64,000 bases of DNA from Nemertoderma westbladi (GCA_032718475.1 JAUCBJ010007171.1:37170-101169), one strand, 5' to 3'; numbered from the stretch's first letter, positions 12,437 through 27,100 are shown. Translations and numbers: made by a program. Notes: generated by a model from the sequence alone, not told the origin.

Positions 12437-13754
12437 TTTGCTGCACACGCTAACTGTATATCGAAATCTTATATTTTTATCAGAGAATCATTGAATTTCT
12501 GCGCGTATGATATTTATGCCTATCTCATGTTGTATACTGTGTGTATCATGTACATATGTTTATAGTATCATAATAACCTTTGTGCGGCATTGTGCGAGTG
12601 CAGCTATTGCAGGTGCATTTCCGTGCGAATTACTGATTTAGTCAAAGAGTTTACTTGTGTGACTGTGGTTTAATTTAACATTATTAGTGGTGCGTTTGCG
12701 AAGTCAGTAGAAGACCAATCACCCGAGGGAGTGTACAGGCACACTGCGTGTGAAATGGCTAATTACTAATAAATTACTGCATTCATTACCGTAGCTTAAT
12801 AATTTAGTCAGTGTTTGTATGGTATGTTATGGACGCTATTATTAAAATTGTTTTACTCCTTCAGTTTTATATTTACAGTAACTAACATCCTACGCCAATT
12901 TCATTCTGAACATAGCCATTTGTTTGGATTACAGGTGACTGCAGACATATATATTTATTCATAACAATATTATTTGCAGCAATAATCTCAGTAGTACTTG
13001 TACTTAGGATTTGAAATAAGCCCTACACATTAATTAGTTGCTCGTGATTTATTGCGACTTACAACTTAATTTTATCCCATGGCAATTTACATCTTGCCTC
13101 ACAACGACATACCATTCCAGACAATTTGTCGCGGAGTGCTTCAACCCAGCCATATACTTACTACAAATCACGAGACTAAACTTCTTTGTTCAACCTACTC
13201 AGGCACGACATACCAATTCCCCTGCCATTATTAGTGCTGATTACTTCCATTGAGTGTTGAGACGTAATACACCCCCACGGCTATCAACATACAATAGCGT
13301 GGCTCAACGTTTCCCATACCTATTGGCTTTGTGTGGCCTAATTGCTTGTCCAGTTCGTGGAATTCAGAGTGTCGGCTCCTTCCTATTGAATGGTAGTCCA
13401 TAGCAACGTTCTTGAATAGCATCACTGAATTGACAGTAGCGGATGGCATTTACTCGGATTACAGTAGACAGCAACTACTAGCGGTAAAACAAGAATTGTA
13501 AAAGCACTTTAATGATACTTGTTACTCCCGTTCTCTTTGAAAGGCGCTTCTTAATTTATTTGAGATAAAGCCACCCAGCGGGAGCAAAGAGTATTACATT
13601 CTTAATAATAGCCAAATTATTCATTTCTCTAGGTGGCGCAAATAGAATAACTTCTTTGGTGATTAGTTATTTATTTTGCAGAATAAATACTTGGTTAACA
13701 GGCCTTTATAGTTACAACATACTATTTGTGCATAGATTACATTAACTTGACATC

Positions 13755-16700
13755 ATGTCTGAGTCAGATATTGACACTGAACCATTTGTCCAACAACCAG
13801 TGGTCACGGCTGCCCCTCATACTAACATTCCCCCTTCTGTCGACCATGTTGCGCCACCTGCCCCCAACAAGAAATATTGGGACAGATCCCGCATCAGAAC
13901 TAGACAATTTACCGGAGGGATTGTAGATAACACAAATGTAGAACCACCCATAACTAGCATTGTACAAACTGGAGTGAGCTCACCATCACTACTAGTAATG
14001 AACACATCCCCTATTATGTTCGCCCCTTCACCCAACAGCAATGAGGAATTGCACCCCCTGATCAATAACACCCTTTCGCAGAACATTGTAGATGAAACAA
14101 TTCCTGTTCACCCGCAAGCAAGACTAGATTACTGGCTGGAGGAGATCGACAATTACCGGGAAAGGGTGGCAACCGGAACTGTAGCTTCTGAACAGGAGGT
14201 TTATGGGAAGTCTCCGGGAAGTATCTAGTAGGCACACGACGCAGAGCTCGCTGCCATAGTTTGCAGACAGTTAGCGGAAGTGGCGGTAATAGCCGGGAAG
14301 GCACTCACCCTTGAAAGGCTACATGGGCCGACCATTCCCCCGGGTGTGGATATAACATGTTCCGGTACCGTAGCACTGAGCAATCTGCGCACAGTCTCAG
14401 AGGATTCCGGAGAAGATGAGGATATGGATGCGATATCCCGTTATCTACAGTCTTATATAGCTGTGGTAGGAGAGACCGAACTTCATAGGAGGTTAAAGGG
14501 TTTGGCCCCCTCCAGCCCTGAATCAGCAGCCATCCTAGATGAGATAGACACTGAGCGCGACCTGTGGGCACAGATAGAGGGACATAAGGCTGATATGGAA
14601 ATCTTGGAAATGGAGACCAGACCTGCCTCCATATAATAGAGACAGGACACCCCCAAAGCAGACTGATTTGGATCATCTGAGACCATTGAACTCGCGGCCC
14701 CCCCTGGGTAGGTTACAGGAGGAAGATGAGCCAAACGATCCCGGGTTCGAGATCTATATAGATCCGCGGGAACGGGAACCACCTCAGTTGGTTGCACCCC
14801 CCTTGTGCGGTATATCAGCTGATCCGATCGACCCAGTAGTAGCTCCACACTTGAACATGAGAGCAACCCCATGCCATAATAGAGATGTTGTACCACCAGC
14901 AGTGGCACCAATTGTAGCTAAAGAAATACACAGTGAAGCCACAATCTCAAACCATACCTCTCGTATAACTTGCCCAGAACCCCCCAAACTTACTACCTGT
15001 CTAGTACCTTAGCCCAGCCTAAGGACGATAGAATGTTATTCGGCACTGGAATATCCCCAATCACCAGCTTGGCAGAAAATGATATTACATGCGTTACCAC
15101 ATGGTAACGAAGGAGGAAACAATAATATGATATCAATGGTATTCATGCCGAGAATACAGTACATCAGAACGACTAAAGCTCATATCTAATCGAACTTTTA
15201 CTAAACTCCTCAGCAGTCCAAACCGACCTCACCAGACATATGGCTAGAAACGAAGCCCGACAGTGCGTCTCCTCAGGTCAAATTTTAAAGTTTGATGGTG
15301 ATGAACAGAAATGGTTACCCTTTGCAGATTTCTGCAAAGACAGTATTCTAGAATCACCATTGAGTGAACGTGAGAAGCTTAGATATTTAATAAGTTGCCT
15401 GGAAAGACCCCTAAACAGATGGCTGCAAAATATGTGGGCCATGTAGATGGCATCAACACTGTTTGGGATACTCTAAAGGAGCGGTATGGCAATGAAGAAA
15501 GCTTGGCACGCAACATGTATGACAGATTAATCTCTAAAAATAGATCCACTCAAAACGGGATCGTGGAGTTTAGAGATGAAGTAGAGGAAATTTGTCGCCA
15601 GCTTGAATGGCTAGGACAGAAACAAGTGTACGATAGAATCATGACAGTACAGTTTGTTTCCAGTGCGCTTGCTTCCAAAGGGCTCCACTGCGACCAGATG
15701 GGATCGATACACTTACAATTACAAACTTAAACATGGATGTTTCCCCGATATGAACTCATTTAGAGGCTTCTTGAAAGCGGAAACCTCCACGTATCTTATC
15801 ACAATGAACCGGGAAAAAAGCACCCGTTCAGACACAAAAAACACTGATAAGACAGCATCTAAGAAGCGATACGCTTATGTCACCAACTATGAAGAGTGTC
15901 TCTCTGATCACTCTGGTTCAGACACAGAGGGATGTGAAAGCATATATTACGGTGAAGTGAACTCCAGATGTGAAAATAAGCACAGTGGCCAAGGCAAGAC
16001 AAATAGGAGAACACCTCCTCCCAAGGCTAATAGCACCCCCAAGAATGCATATGTGGATAACCGTAAGGCGACCACGAAAACCTATAATACAATCACAGCT
16101 GGCACAACCAACCTTAAGTGCCCCCTTTGTAAAATAGACGCACATCCACTTGCGAAATGCAACACCTTCATAAAAAAGACACTAAAGTAGAGACGAAAGA
16201 CGGTTTTAGACTTGGCAACATGCTTCTTGTGTCTTAGACCGGGACATTTGCGACGTAAGTGTAGACTAATGAACGCAAAAGCGTGTCCGGTGTGTCAGGG
16301 CTCCCATAACCCTTTGCTACACCTAGACCAGACCCCGAAGGAAGAGCTAGACCAACGTGTACACTTCACTGATGACGAGACAGACTCATCCGATGAAGGA
16401 CCGGATGCATTCTACTCCGGAGAATTTACTGACGACGATGAATGCTGTAACCATGTCAGTGTGTATGAAGCCTTTACCTATGAGGAACCAGCATCAGAAG
16501 ATTGTTTCAAATTGGAGAACAATGCATACAGATGTTGATAGGCCAAAATGTACCCGAGGCTTTAGAAATTCTGGAGAAACGACCCAGACATCCGGAACCA
16601 ATGTCAGCCTACGCCTGTCGGACGAGAGTGGGATGGTTCTGTACCGGGCCTTCCCGGAAAACTCTACTAGAACGATAAGGACCGACAAGTACAGACACTG

Positions 16701-16871
16701 ACACTCACAATTTAGTGACCCAACTCTGTAACGAGACCATAGAGACTGAAGAGGACATATTGACTACCACTGACCAAACCGACAGTGATAGTGATGCACC
16801 CCTGTCCTCCTCAGACCAAGACTGTTTCCTTACTAGGTACAGTGAACCTGACATCGTGTCCCCAATGACCG
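13755..16871 (+). pseudogene. gag: Degenerate BEL gag plus protease remnant (element C, left part)
   Basis: DAISRYLQSY..ELHRRLKGL homologous to A/B; KFDGDEQKWLPF; CPLC..H..C, CFLCLRPGH..C and CPVCQGSHNPLLH; RTRVGW remnant ~16620. Confidence 0.85.
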
Positions 16872-17976
16872 TGTTCACGCTTTTAGACCTTTAGCAGTTT
16901 AACCTGCCAATTTTAGTTGTCCTCTTGTTTATAATTCGACTTTAGCGTATATCAATTACCTAGTGTACTGAAGTTACATCAGCCGAAGCCAGTCTGTGCG
17001 CGACCTTTCACCCACGGTTTTGGGAGACTGGATTCGGATTCCTTGAGAGTTATTGCAGTGTAGACCTACTATATCATTCGATTGATCGTTACTATATAAT
17101 CTCTGACAATATATTTACTTTCGGGGAAAATATTAACAGTTCCTTTAGGACGTGGCGCTTTAAGTATAAAAATAGAGTTTTGACTTATACTAATCACAAC
17201 TAGATGGCCACAGAGTTTCGTAAATAGCGCATTCTTTAGGAGATGCTTTATTAACCTTCACACTACTTCACACTACTTCACACTAATCTGCCGACCGTCA
17301 CTGAATTTGATCATAAATAAGGAGGATCGCAACTGACACATGTAGGGATTATGAAATAGCATTTAATTCACACAACACCTATATAATGTAAGTCGCAGTT
17401 GCTACCGGTAAACCTGTTCCTCTTACCTTTAGTAATCAAGAAGATTGGGGGTTTTATGATTATTTATCGGTATTCTCCAAATATAACAACAATATCCATT
17501 AATATAACAACAATTAATAACAGACCTAAACAGAAGTAAAATAGTGCGGTGAACAGTCAGTTAATGAGAAATGATGATACCATGTGAAATTAGTAAGGTA
17601 GGTAAGGAGGGAGGGTAATAGATTTACGTTCTTATAATCAAAGCCATCTGATGTTCCTAAGCTAAAGTCTGAAACTTCCGCACAGAAGCACAGAAAATTC
17701 TGAGTTATTTCTGAGGCTCAGAAAAAATTAAACAAAGACCATAATGCATTGCGCGAGTTTCCATAGGCCTCTGTCAGACATAAAGGGAAAATTGCACTGA
17801 TTGGCTGAACGAGGCAGAACAAAGAAAAATTCCACGTCCACAAAGAATCAGCTGATAGATGTCGTCACACCAGCTCCAATTCCTTCCCGTCGCGTAGTTG
17901 GATAAATTTAGGGCTATTTTAGAGTATTCTGCGCATTGCGGTAAAATGACTTGTTAAGTCCGCAAAAGCTTTTACA
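16872..17976 (-). repeat. 3' LTR of element B (~1.1 kb)
   Basis: Minus strand starts TGTAAAAGCTTTTGCG right after PPT GGGAGCGG and ends AGGTCTAAAAGCGTGAACA. Confidence 0.87.
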
Positions 17977-18002
17977 CCGCTCCCAGAAAATGGGATTTAA
18001 GT

Positions 18003-20212
18003 CTATAAAATATAAAAATCACAGTTTCTAAAATATAAAAAATACTCTAAACGAAGTTTTTTGAGGCTAGCTAGAGTCTTTTTCTCTTTGGGGCGAGCCA
18101 CTTTACTAGGAGGGCTATAACTCCTGGGTGAGGGGTGCAATACAATTGCATCGGAAGGTTTAGGGTTACGGTCGGTGTATCCGCCGGTCGAGGTACCCGT
18201 TTGATCTATATCAACCTCAGTGGAATGAGGTCGAACAACCTTTAGAGTGCGTTTCAGGACAGCAGCTCTTACTGGTCCCTGACGAGTCGTTTGCATGAGA
18301 GCGGTAGGTGGACCGTGAGTAGTGAGAAATTTCCTCGGTTTGATGGTTCTTTTCAACTCGCGTTCTCTATATTCATATGGTCGTCTATGAACTTCTTGTA
18401 GCTCTGGATGCGAGTTTATGAACAAGTCACCGTATTTATCAATGGTAGAAACTTTAAACTGTATGTAGGATCTTCTGGTTTCACCATATAATATTGAGTT
18501 AAATTGACATAATAAGGATGGTCTTTGACCCCATAAAATGAGTTCGGTAAAGGTCTAGCGCGTAGGTTGACCTCGTGTACCATACGACGGACAAGATCCG
18601 CTCGATTGTCCGGAGGTTCAATGAGTATACCATCGACACGAGCAGCCTCGATTGGCGGACATTGTAACATAGGAGCGTCAGCGATAAGATCTCTAGATCT
18701 TAGGTTGATATAAACCGGTTGGGGTTGTACCGTGGCGAAGAGTTTGTCTCCGAAATGGGGAACCATTGAAGGATGAATAATGGTTTTGGAATAGAGATTA
18801 GTCATAAGGATTTGAGCTTCTGGCTGGGCTAAAGCTGCTTCTTCTCTCTTGTCCATTTCGATATGCTTCTCCTTGAGCTGATTTTCCTCCGCTTGTTGTT
18901 GGAAGCGTTCGTCCAAAAACTCTTGCAGAGAGTAGGTTCGTCCAAGTTCGATGTCTTCCTCGAGATTCTGGATTTCCCGAACGAACTGGGGTAAGGCTAA
19001 TTCCTTTACCACTTGGACTTGCTGCTGCAATTTACGTTTATCTAAACAATCGTAGGTTCCTTTTCCGATCTTTTGTCGAATAGCATCTAACGTGTTTCGT
19101 ATAACGCTCTCCTCCACCTCGGTGACAGGTTGTATTGGAGTTAAACCGTGACGATTATACGGGTTGAACGGAGATATTAGATGTCCGCATCCCAATCCGG
19201 CTAGGTAGGATAGGCGAATATCTACAGAGCCCACAACCGGAGTGCCACTGACTAATTGTTCGGGTAACACTAGATCTTTGAACAATGAGTACAATTCAGG
19301 AGGATCCGTCATACTATTAGGATCAAGAGTCTGAGGTCTCACTAGGGAATGAGGAGGTCTGACCGAGTATTCCGGAACTCTGATCATAGGTTTATTTAAG
19401 GATCATTTGAGTCGAGCGAGTGTGGGTGATACATCGAACAAGTTTCGCTCGAAGCTCCCGTAAGTATAGCAAGTAAAACTGTGTTTAGCCCAACGTCTCC
19501 GTGGATGTTTATGTCTTTCCGTTTGTTGGTTGGGTCTAGGGCATTTGTCGCAATAATACCAAAGACGCACGTCTTGTAGGGGAAACGCTGGTGATCTTTC
19601 TCCAGTTTTACAATATTCCTCCATCTGTTCGAAGCTATCCGGTACAACAGGTAGTGGTCGATCGGCGGTAAGATACATCATAGTGAAATAGAGTCGTTTG
19701 AGTTCTATCATAGGGTTATGATGTATACCTTGAGGATATCGAGTTTCTAGATTTTGTTGACTGGCTACATTGAGATATGTTTCTCTCAGGAATTCCAAAT
19801 ATTCGTTGAAGTCACTGCGTTTATCTGGCTCTTCAACGTCTTCACTTTCGAGTCGGTTTCGAATAGAATTTTCGCGTTCGATTCTCAGTTTATCATTCCG
19901 ACTCTGCTGGGTATGATATTTAAACAGGATCATTTCGGTGTCTACATCGTCCGTATCGTGTAAATCGATAGGATGACCAGTAGTTAAGAAGTCCATATAC
20001 GTACCATTATGATGCGTATAGCGAGCGGTTAATTTTCTATAGTCCAATTCACGTGTGAGCTGTTCCTTTGACATTGGCGGTTCGATATAACGGCCATCAT
20101 CCTCCATAGTATGTTGACTAGCGTCGCCGCTTATTAAACTATCAACAAACGCCTGCAATGGTAGGGTATATCGCTCCCTGATACCAAGATCATCTTCTAT
20201 CAACTCAGTCAT
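18003..20212 (-). pseudogene. Accessory ORF of element B (~730 aa in three frameshifted pieces), unknown function, not env-like
   Basis: ORFs 20212-19403, 19387-18416 and 18425-18003; WYYCDKC...H..H motif; no signal peptide or TM segment seen; homologs in A and C. Confidence 0.85.
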
Positions 20213-21932
20213 AGCTGCTATATGAGTTTATCGATATTATAATTAATTATAATTTAGGCTAGCGGTCGTCGCTGCATCCCCCTCAATGCCCCCGGACAGC
20301 GCAAGATCCTCAACGCTGATATACTGTCGTCGCTGTGCCTCTCGCCAACGTAGTAGCTACACAACGACAACAATAACCAGCGTGAGTCACTCCACTGTCC
20401 GTCCCAAGGGCTTAGATTTACTGGGGGTTCTTGCTACAGAGGCAGGGTAACTTTCACAACTGCGACTCGCTACTGTAAACACACTTTAGTAGTAACATTC
20501 ACCTATAAATACACAAATTCCACACTCCTGTCACAAATTGTACACATTCGGGCCATTTGTCCGTTAGTCAAGTGCCTTTCAGAATGCCACGTTATTATTA
20601 TGTATCCCTGGAAACTAGCAGGGTGCTATTTATTCCGCATGCTATTCAATGGGGCAAGCTTTCTATTGTTCTTTTAACTCGCTTCTAATTCTAGCGTGGT
20701 TGTTGCTATGGTGACATTATGGAAAGCTAGCAGTAGAATTAGGGTAATTCTCATGCATACAGATCTGGGATGCTATTTAATAGTAATTCTTTAATTGTCA
20801 ATATTCCCATTTATACATGATTTTATGAATTTTATCGGCTATTGACTGTACACTGGAGATTCTCGGACACTAATATGCTTAATAGGGTGAATCTCCGCTC
20901 CCATGATCTATTAATTAATGGAATTTTGGGAATGTTATAAATTGTATAAAATGACGATTTATCAAATTCATGAGAGGATATGAATTTAAAACTTATTCCC
21001 GTAAATTTTATTATTTGATATTAAAATAGACACAATTTTATTCCAGAACATGTCTGGGGACTAGGATCCTTAATTCTATAAATTTTGTCTTTTTAAGAGT
21101 ATCGGTAAGTGCTACGATATCTTAATCGACTAGAATTTTAGAGGATCTAAATTTTAACAGATTTTTGATTTATAGATATTCTAGATTTAATTTATCTGCA
21201 TTTACTCTATTATAACATTTGTTTTAATAGATTTTATAAATATTTATTAAATATTTAATATTTAAGATGGGCACCGATTTATTCCAGAACATGTCTGGGG
21301 ACGTTAACCACTGATTCTAGAAATTTGTCTTTCAAGTATATCGGTGCGTGCCGCGATATCTTAATCAACTAGAATTTCAGATGGTCAAAGGGTTTAACAG
21401 ATTTATTTTGCGTTTTAACGCTACTGTTAAATGGATATCATTCTACTATATGTATTATTTAATATACGGTATGAGAGCAATATTGCAAGAAGCAATGTCA
21501 GTGAGAAGAGGCAAGTCGTTTCCAAGGTCTACCCAGAGCTTGGTTTAGCCGAGACACGAGGATCTGAACTTTGCATTCCTAATACTCTACTTACTAATAA
21601 TACTTGACTACAGTAGGGGCGGTATTGTACTTTTAATAAGTACGGACATTTCATCTTACTGTAGTCACTTATTTATAGTACGATACGGACAGTAAGGAAA
21701 GAGAAAATGAATTATTTCTCGCCGTTAAACGAAATATATAATGCTAAGTAATTAAGTAATAAACGCGAATATATATTGCACTAATCTACTGAATAATCGC
21801 TAAAATAATATTCTACTAAGTAAAATTAAAGAAAACGATTATAATAATAAAATTACATAATAATGCATACATAAATATAAAAATAATAAAAAAATATAAA
21901 ATAATATAGTCACACACCCACTCCAAACGCTG

Positions 21933-22920
21933 TTATGTTGGGGAGTCCCTAGATGTTTGTTGGATTAGGGAGGTGGTCGTGGGAAGAGTATCTTGCCTTC
22001 CATAGTTACCGGATAACTCTTTGTCTCTTTCCAGTAAACATAAACGACCAACTGGGCGATTAAGTTGTTGTGTTTCGAATACAATTTCAGGTTTCTTAAA
22101 GTTACGTCGCATGACGACGAGTTCTACCGATTGCACCAAACCATCATCAGAGATATGAGTCTTGATGATACGACCTGTCTGCCACCGCTTACGTGGAAGA
22201 TCTGATTCCACAATAAGGACCATGTCTCCGGCGCTGACGTTTTCTTGCTGCGCAAACCACTTGGTTCGAAGTTGTAGCGTAGGCAGATAATGTTTTTCGA
22301 AATGGTCAGCAAAACGACGGGATAACAACTGCATAAGTTGCCAAGTTTGTCGGCAGTATTCGTCTCCGTCCGTGATTTCCGATCGTGGGAGCAGGGCTAC
22401 AGGTTTCTTCAGTAGGAAATGCACGGGTGTTAGCGCTTCTAGGGAGTCGGGACTCGATGAGACTGGCATAAGCGGTCTCTCGTTGAGATAGGCAGCGATT
22501 TCCTCCATTAACGTCCGCAAAAGTTCGTCGGTGAGGTTTTAGGTTTGACTTTCTCTGCTCCCTTGGCTTGTCTAATCTCAGCTGTGGTGAGATGAGGAGG
22601 CCATTCATCCTCTTATGTACTTAGGAAGTCGGGTCCACCTAACCAGTCTGGAGTATCTATCAGTTCTTGAGGAGTTGCTCCACTGGAGGCGATGTCGGCT
22701 GGATTAATCGTCCCCGGGCAATGTCTCCATTGATCTACATAAGAGCGACTGAGTATAATGGCTACTCTGTTGGTAACGAATACGCTGAACTGACAGACTT
22801 CATTGGTTATATACTCCAGAACGAGTAAAGCATCAGTCCAATAGACAGTTTTCTCCAGTGGATAGTCGATCTGTTCTGTTACATTCCGGCCGATGGCTGT
22901 AGCGTATAGAGCCGCCTTTA
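21933..22920 (-). pseudogene. BEL RNase H remnant and integrase C-terminal part (catalytic core deleted)
   Basis: IAAYLNERPL, ALTPVHFL, YLPTLQLRTKW, GDMVLI, WQTGRI, DGLV and RPVGRL motifs; YWTDA and NPADIASSG in 22680-22860. Confidence 0.85.
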
Positions 22921-24159
22921 ACTCCGCTCGAGGAACTCGTTTATCAAGTTGTTTATCAAGGCATTAGAGGTTACCAAGGCAACTTTAATTCCATCCGGAG
23001 TTTCAACCCTCAGGTAGGCTACTATACCTATTCCCATATCGCTGGCGTCTCCAAACACATGGAGTTGATAGGAATACGTAGGGAGAACATGATCAAAATA
23101 TGAACGGGAAATTATAAAGTTCTCGATGGCTGGTAGAGAATCTTCCCATTTCATCCACTTCTTTAATAATTCTCCCTTAAGTGGATCGTCCCATGAGTGG
23201 TTTTCAAGCCACATTTGTTGTACTAAACTCCGAGCAATCAACATAACTGGGCTAATAAATCCCAATGGATCGAAATAAGTGCTCAGGATACTTAAACAAA
23301 TCCGTTTAGTCCGAACTGGATTATCTCGCTGTTTTAGCTGGAAAAACAGGATATCTCTCTCTGTGTCCCATTTCAAACCAAGTGTCTTGGTTTCTGGAAG
23401 ATCATCTTTGATTAGGTCTAGGTCTTTCGCTCCTCGATCTTCTACCGGGATCGATTCCAGAAACTCACGGGAGTTGCTGGTGAATTTAGTTAATCGAAAT
23501 CCACCTCTTTTTAAGCACTCTACCATTCCTTTGGCGACATCAATGGCTTCTTCCACAGATGGAAGGGACTTTAAATTGTCGTCCATGTATATATCCCGTT
23601 TGATGTTGTCGATCACCTCTTTTGAGAAGGCGTCCCGGTTGTCATCAGCAGTGGTGCGCACCACTGAACAGGCGTTTGAAGGGCTTGAGATGATCCCAAA
23701 AGCCTGGATGGTCATCCAATACTCCACCGGTTTCTGATTGAGGTCTCCTTCAGGCCACCACAGAAATCGTAGGCTGTCTCGATCCCTATCTAGCGCCTTG
23801 ACTTGTAAGAACATGCCTTCTATATCGGAGGCGAAAGCGATTGAATATTGTCGTAATCTTAAGAGTATTCCCAACAAGGATTGGAGTAAGTTGGGTCCTG
23901 GTAACAACTCGGAATTAAGGGATTGGCCCATGTAGAGGGCGGAGCCGTCGAATACTACTCGTACCTCATGAGGTTTACCGGGTTTGGGAACGTAATGATG
24001 TGTTAAATAGTATGTTCTTTCAGTTAGGGGTGTTCCTTCCGGTACTCGCTCCGCATATCCCTTATTAATAAATTTCTTCAACTGAGTCTGATACATTTCT
24101 TTAGCTGAAGCATTTGCCGTAAGGCGTCGATGTAGTTGAGCAATTCTTTTCTCTGTCAA
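22918..24159 (-). CDS. pol: BEL/Pao reverse transcriptase and start of RNase H (element B, disrupted pol)
   Basis: YYLTHHYV, RVVFDGS, SLNSELLPGP, DIEGMFLQV, YMDD, GGFRLTKF, FDPLGF and HVFGDAS motifs. Confidence 0.92.
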   Translation of the reverse strand: MTEKRIAQLHRRLTANASAKEMYQTQLKKFINKGYAERVPEGTPLTERTYYLTHHYVPKPGKPHEVRVVFDGSALYMGQSLNSELLPGPNLLQSLLGILLRLRQYSIAFASDIEGMFLQVKALDRDRDSLRFLWWPEGDLNQKPVEYWMTIQAFGIISSPSNACSVVRTTADDNRDAFSKEVIDNIKRDIYMDDNLKSLPSVEEAIDVAKGMVECLKRGGFRLTKFTSNSREFLESIPVEDRGAKDLDLIKDDLPETKTLGLKWDTERDILFFQLKQRDNPVRTKRICLSILSTYFDPLGFISPVMLIARSLVQQMWLENHSWDDPLKGELLKKWMKWEDSLPAIENFIISRSYFDHVLPTYSYQLHVFGDASDMGIGIVAYLRVETPDGIKVALVTSNALINNLINEFLERS

Positions 24160-24162
24160 GGG

Positions 24163-27100
24163 TCAGTTGTTTATGAATTTTGGTTCTCGCTTTCGGAATG
24201 GGAGACCGATTTCATACCTACCTTGATCTTTAAGAAAATGTGTAGTTGTCTCCTGGATCTGCTTGGCTCTTTCTTCTTCTACCGATAGGGCCTTATCGTA
24301 GGAATTGGGCTCCACAGCCTCTTGAGTAAAGAATCGTACGGCGTGTTCATCTCGAGTTTTCGCGTTATATCTCTCGATTACGTCATTCAGTTCGTCGTTA
24401 TAGTTGACTTGTCCTGATGGATGAATGACTTGACATAGGTTCACTTGGTTTTGCCACGTCTCGTTTTCCGTAAGGATATCGATTGTATTCTCTTCGTCGA
24501 AGAGCTGATGGATATCGTCATTATCTGAGGAGTATGGTGTTCCCTCAGTTGGGTCGTCAACTTCACTGCTCTCCAGTTTCCATTCACTTAATTGATATAC
24601 CCGTTCTTTTGGTAATCTTTCCATTAGAGTTCTACGTGAAGAGCCAGTAAAGTACCAACCTACTCTAGTTCTTCCCGCATAAACTTGTAATGGTTGCGGT
24701 TGAGCAGGCCGTTTCTCCAATGTCTCAAGCGCTTCATGCGCATTTTGGCCGATGAGTATTTGCACTCCAGGGTAATCTGTGTTGAATCTAGGTATATTAA
24801 GCTGCTGGGTGGAATCGTCCTCATCCCAGTTATAAGGTTCTACTTGGCTGGTAGCGAAGTTCTTTATCGCCACCATTTTTACTGACCTTATACTATGTTC
24901 TCCTAGTTCATCCTGGGGGGTGGACAATGCACCTACATAATAATCAGCTACTACTGTAGATTTCCAAACCTGCATAATTCCTGACATGTTTAACTTAGTT
25001 CGGAACTTGGGTTGTCCAGCAAAGATGTCTTCAGCTAGTTCTTTGTCGATGAATGTTCCTGTGCTACCGGAGTCAAGGAGGGCGTTCACTATATAACTCC
25101 TTTTAGGTCCGTGGACCCTTAACTGCACTACTGGAAATTCTCGGATTCCTACATTGGAAGTTGGTGCTTTCCAAGATGGTTGTCGGTCAGAAGTAGTTAG
25201 GGGGAGCTCGCTGTCTGTGTCTTTTTCATACGTAAGTGCTCGATACACTGCGGTATTTATCAGGTAACAGGATTCGTTTTCATCGGAGAATTCGTCCGTA
25301 TAGAATCCTTCCATCTCAGAACCTTGGTCAGTGTCGTTCACGTCACTGAATTGGACATGCAGTTCGGAATCACTCACCTGACTCGAGTTGTTTCGTTCGA
25401 ATTCAGTGTGCAACAAGATATGATGTTTTGCGCCGCACTTCGCACACCTTGCGTCGGAGTAACAGGTTCGCCTTTGGTGTCCTTGTCTGAGGCAATTATA
25501 ACACAACCGCTTATCCCACATGACTTCCCGTCTATTCTTTAATGATTTCTTTAGGAATTCATCACACACATTCAAACGGTGGGTCCCGTCACATAGCGCA
25601 CATTTCGGTTTGATATTACTTATCTTATTTTGAGTAACGTTGTGCACACTCATTCTTTCTTCGGGCTTTCTTACCTGAATTCTCTTAGGAGACGTAGGAG
25701 GAGTTTTTCTTACCTGTTCTCTCCTGTCATTGGTTCGAGACTTGAATTTACTTACGTCTTTAGGCGTTTTATTGACATAATAAGATCTTTCAGTGTCTTT
25801 CCCGCTGTCTTCTTCTTGAGAAGCCTGGCTTTCGCCGTCGTCGGTATAACACACTGGTGTTACTTTTCTCCTAGAAATGGGTTTCTCACTTACCTTGTTT
25901 TCCGGTGTCTTCTCTCTGGACTGCTTTAGGAGCTATAATTTCACTTCTCCATCTAAGAATGACATGAGAGGGTCTCGTCATTGTTGTTCCATCATATATA
26001 ACACTTTCTTATCCCAGCGTGTACCTACTCCACCCTTCGGTAAAGTAGAGGCCACGGCTCCAATAACCATAGAACTCTGATATTCATGAGACTTACCTAG
26101 CCAATCTAATTGTCTACAGATCTCTTGAATCTCATCGGAAAACTCTATAATCCCGCTGCTAATGAACTTTCGGGGTGCTACCAATTTTGCATACAAATAT
26201 TTAGCTATGTTATTCCTATTACCATACCTGATGTTTAGTGTATCCCAAACTTGTCTTAATCCATCTGGATGTCCAATAAACTTTAACGCCATTAACTTGG
26301 GAGATCCTTCCAAGCACTCGATGAGGAATCTAAGTTTCTCTCCAGTAGATAGCACAGAGTTCTGTATGTTATCTTTGTAATATTCATTAAAAGGTAACCA
26401 TTTAATCTCATCTCCATTGAACTTGACTATCTCTCCCACCTTTACCGCTTGACGGGCTTCGGTTCTAGCCGTTTGACGCGTAAAACTTTCTTGGGCCATC
26501 ACGTTATTTAATATCGAGTTATCGGTATATAAATTTCTCGGATTATGATCAGGTCTATAGGGAATATCATTGTCAACAGGTTTATAATTACCCTTAATAG
26601 AGTTTACTATAGGAGTTTCCACTTCACTAGCAGTATAGATGCGTGTAGGCTCTACACCTTGCGCATGAAATACTTCAGACCTAACAGGTTGACACATTGT
26701 TACCGGGGGTGGTGGTATACCTCTTTGGGTATTTACTAATTTATTGCGTTCTAACGCGATACTTTGCTGCACTTCTTGCAACTCTAACCTACTTTCCCTT
26801 ACTGTGCCCTTGAATTGCTGAACAGTCTCCTGCATCTGCCCGAGCAGGAGATCCATCCCCCGTCGTCTCTCATCCACCCACTCGACCGCCGAAGCAGGAG
26901 CCGCCAACGTCGTAGCGGGCGGACGAGGGACAACGGGCGACAAATCATTAATATTTCGCTCGGATTCCAGGACATGAACATTTTCAGGGATGGTTCTGTG
27001 GGGCACAGGTAGCTTAGTGCTGTGCAGAGGGAATTTAGAGGTAGGTTCTGGGAGTACAGGTGTCTCTATCACCGAAGGGGTGGCGTCGAGAACAGGCCTA

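Noticed and set aside
12437-12537. ~100-bp match to 62468-62568 as the two LTRs of element C
   Set aside because: Clear similarity stops after ~100 bp, and no PPT, termini or TSD could be defined; it may be an unrelated repeat.
18003-20212. Envelope gene
   Set aside because: It sits in the env position but has no signal peptide, TM anchor or Cys-rich ectodomain.
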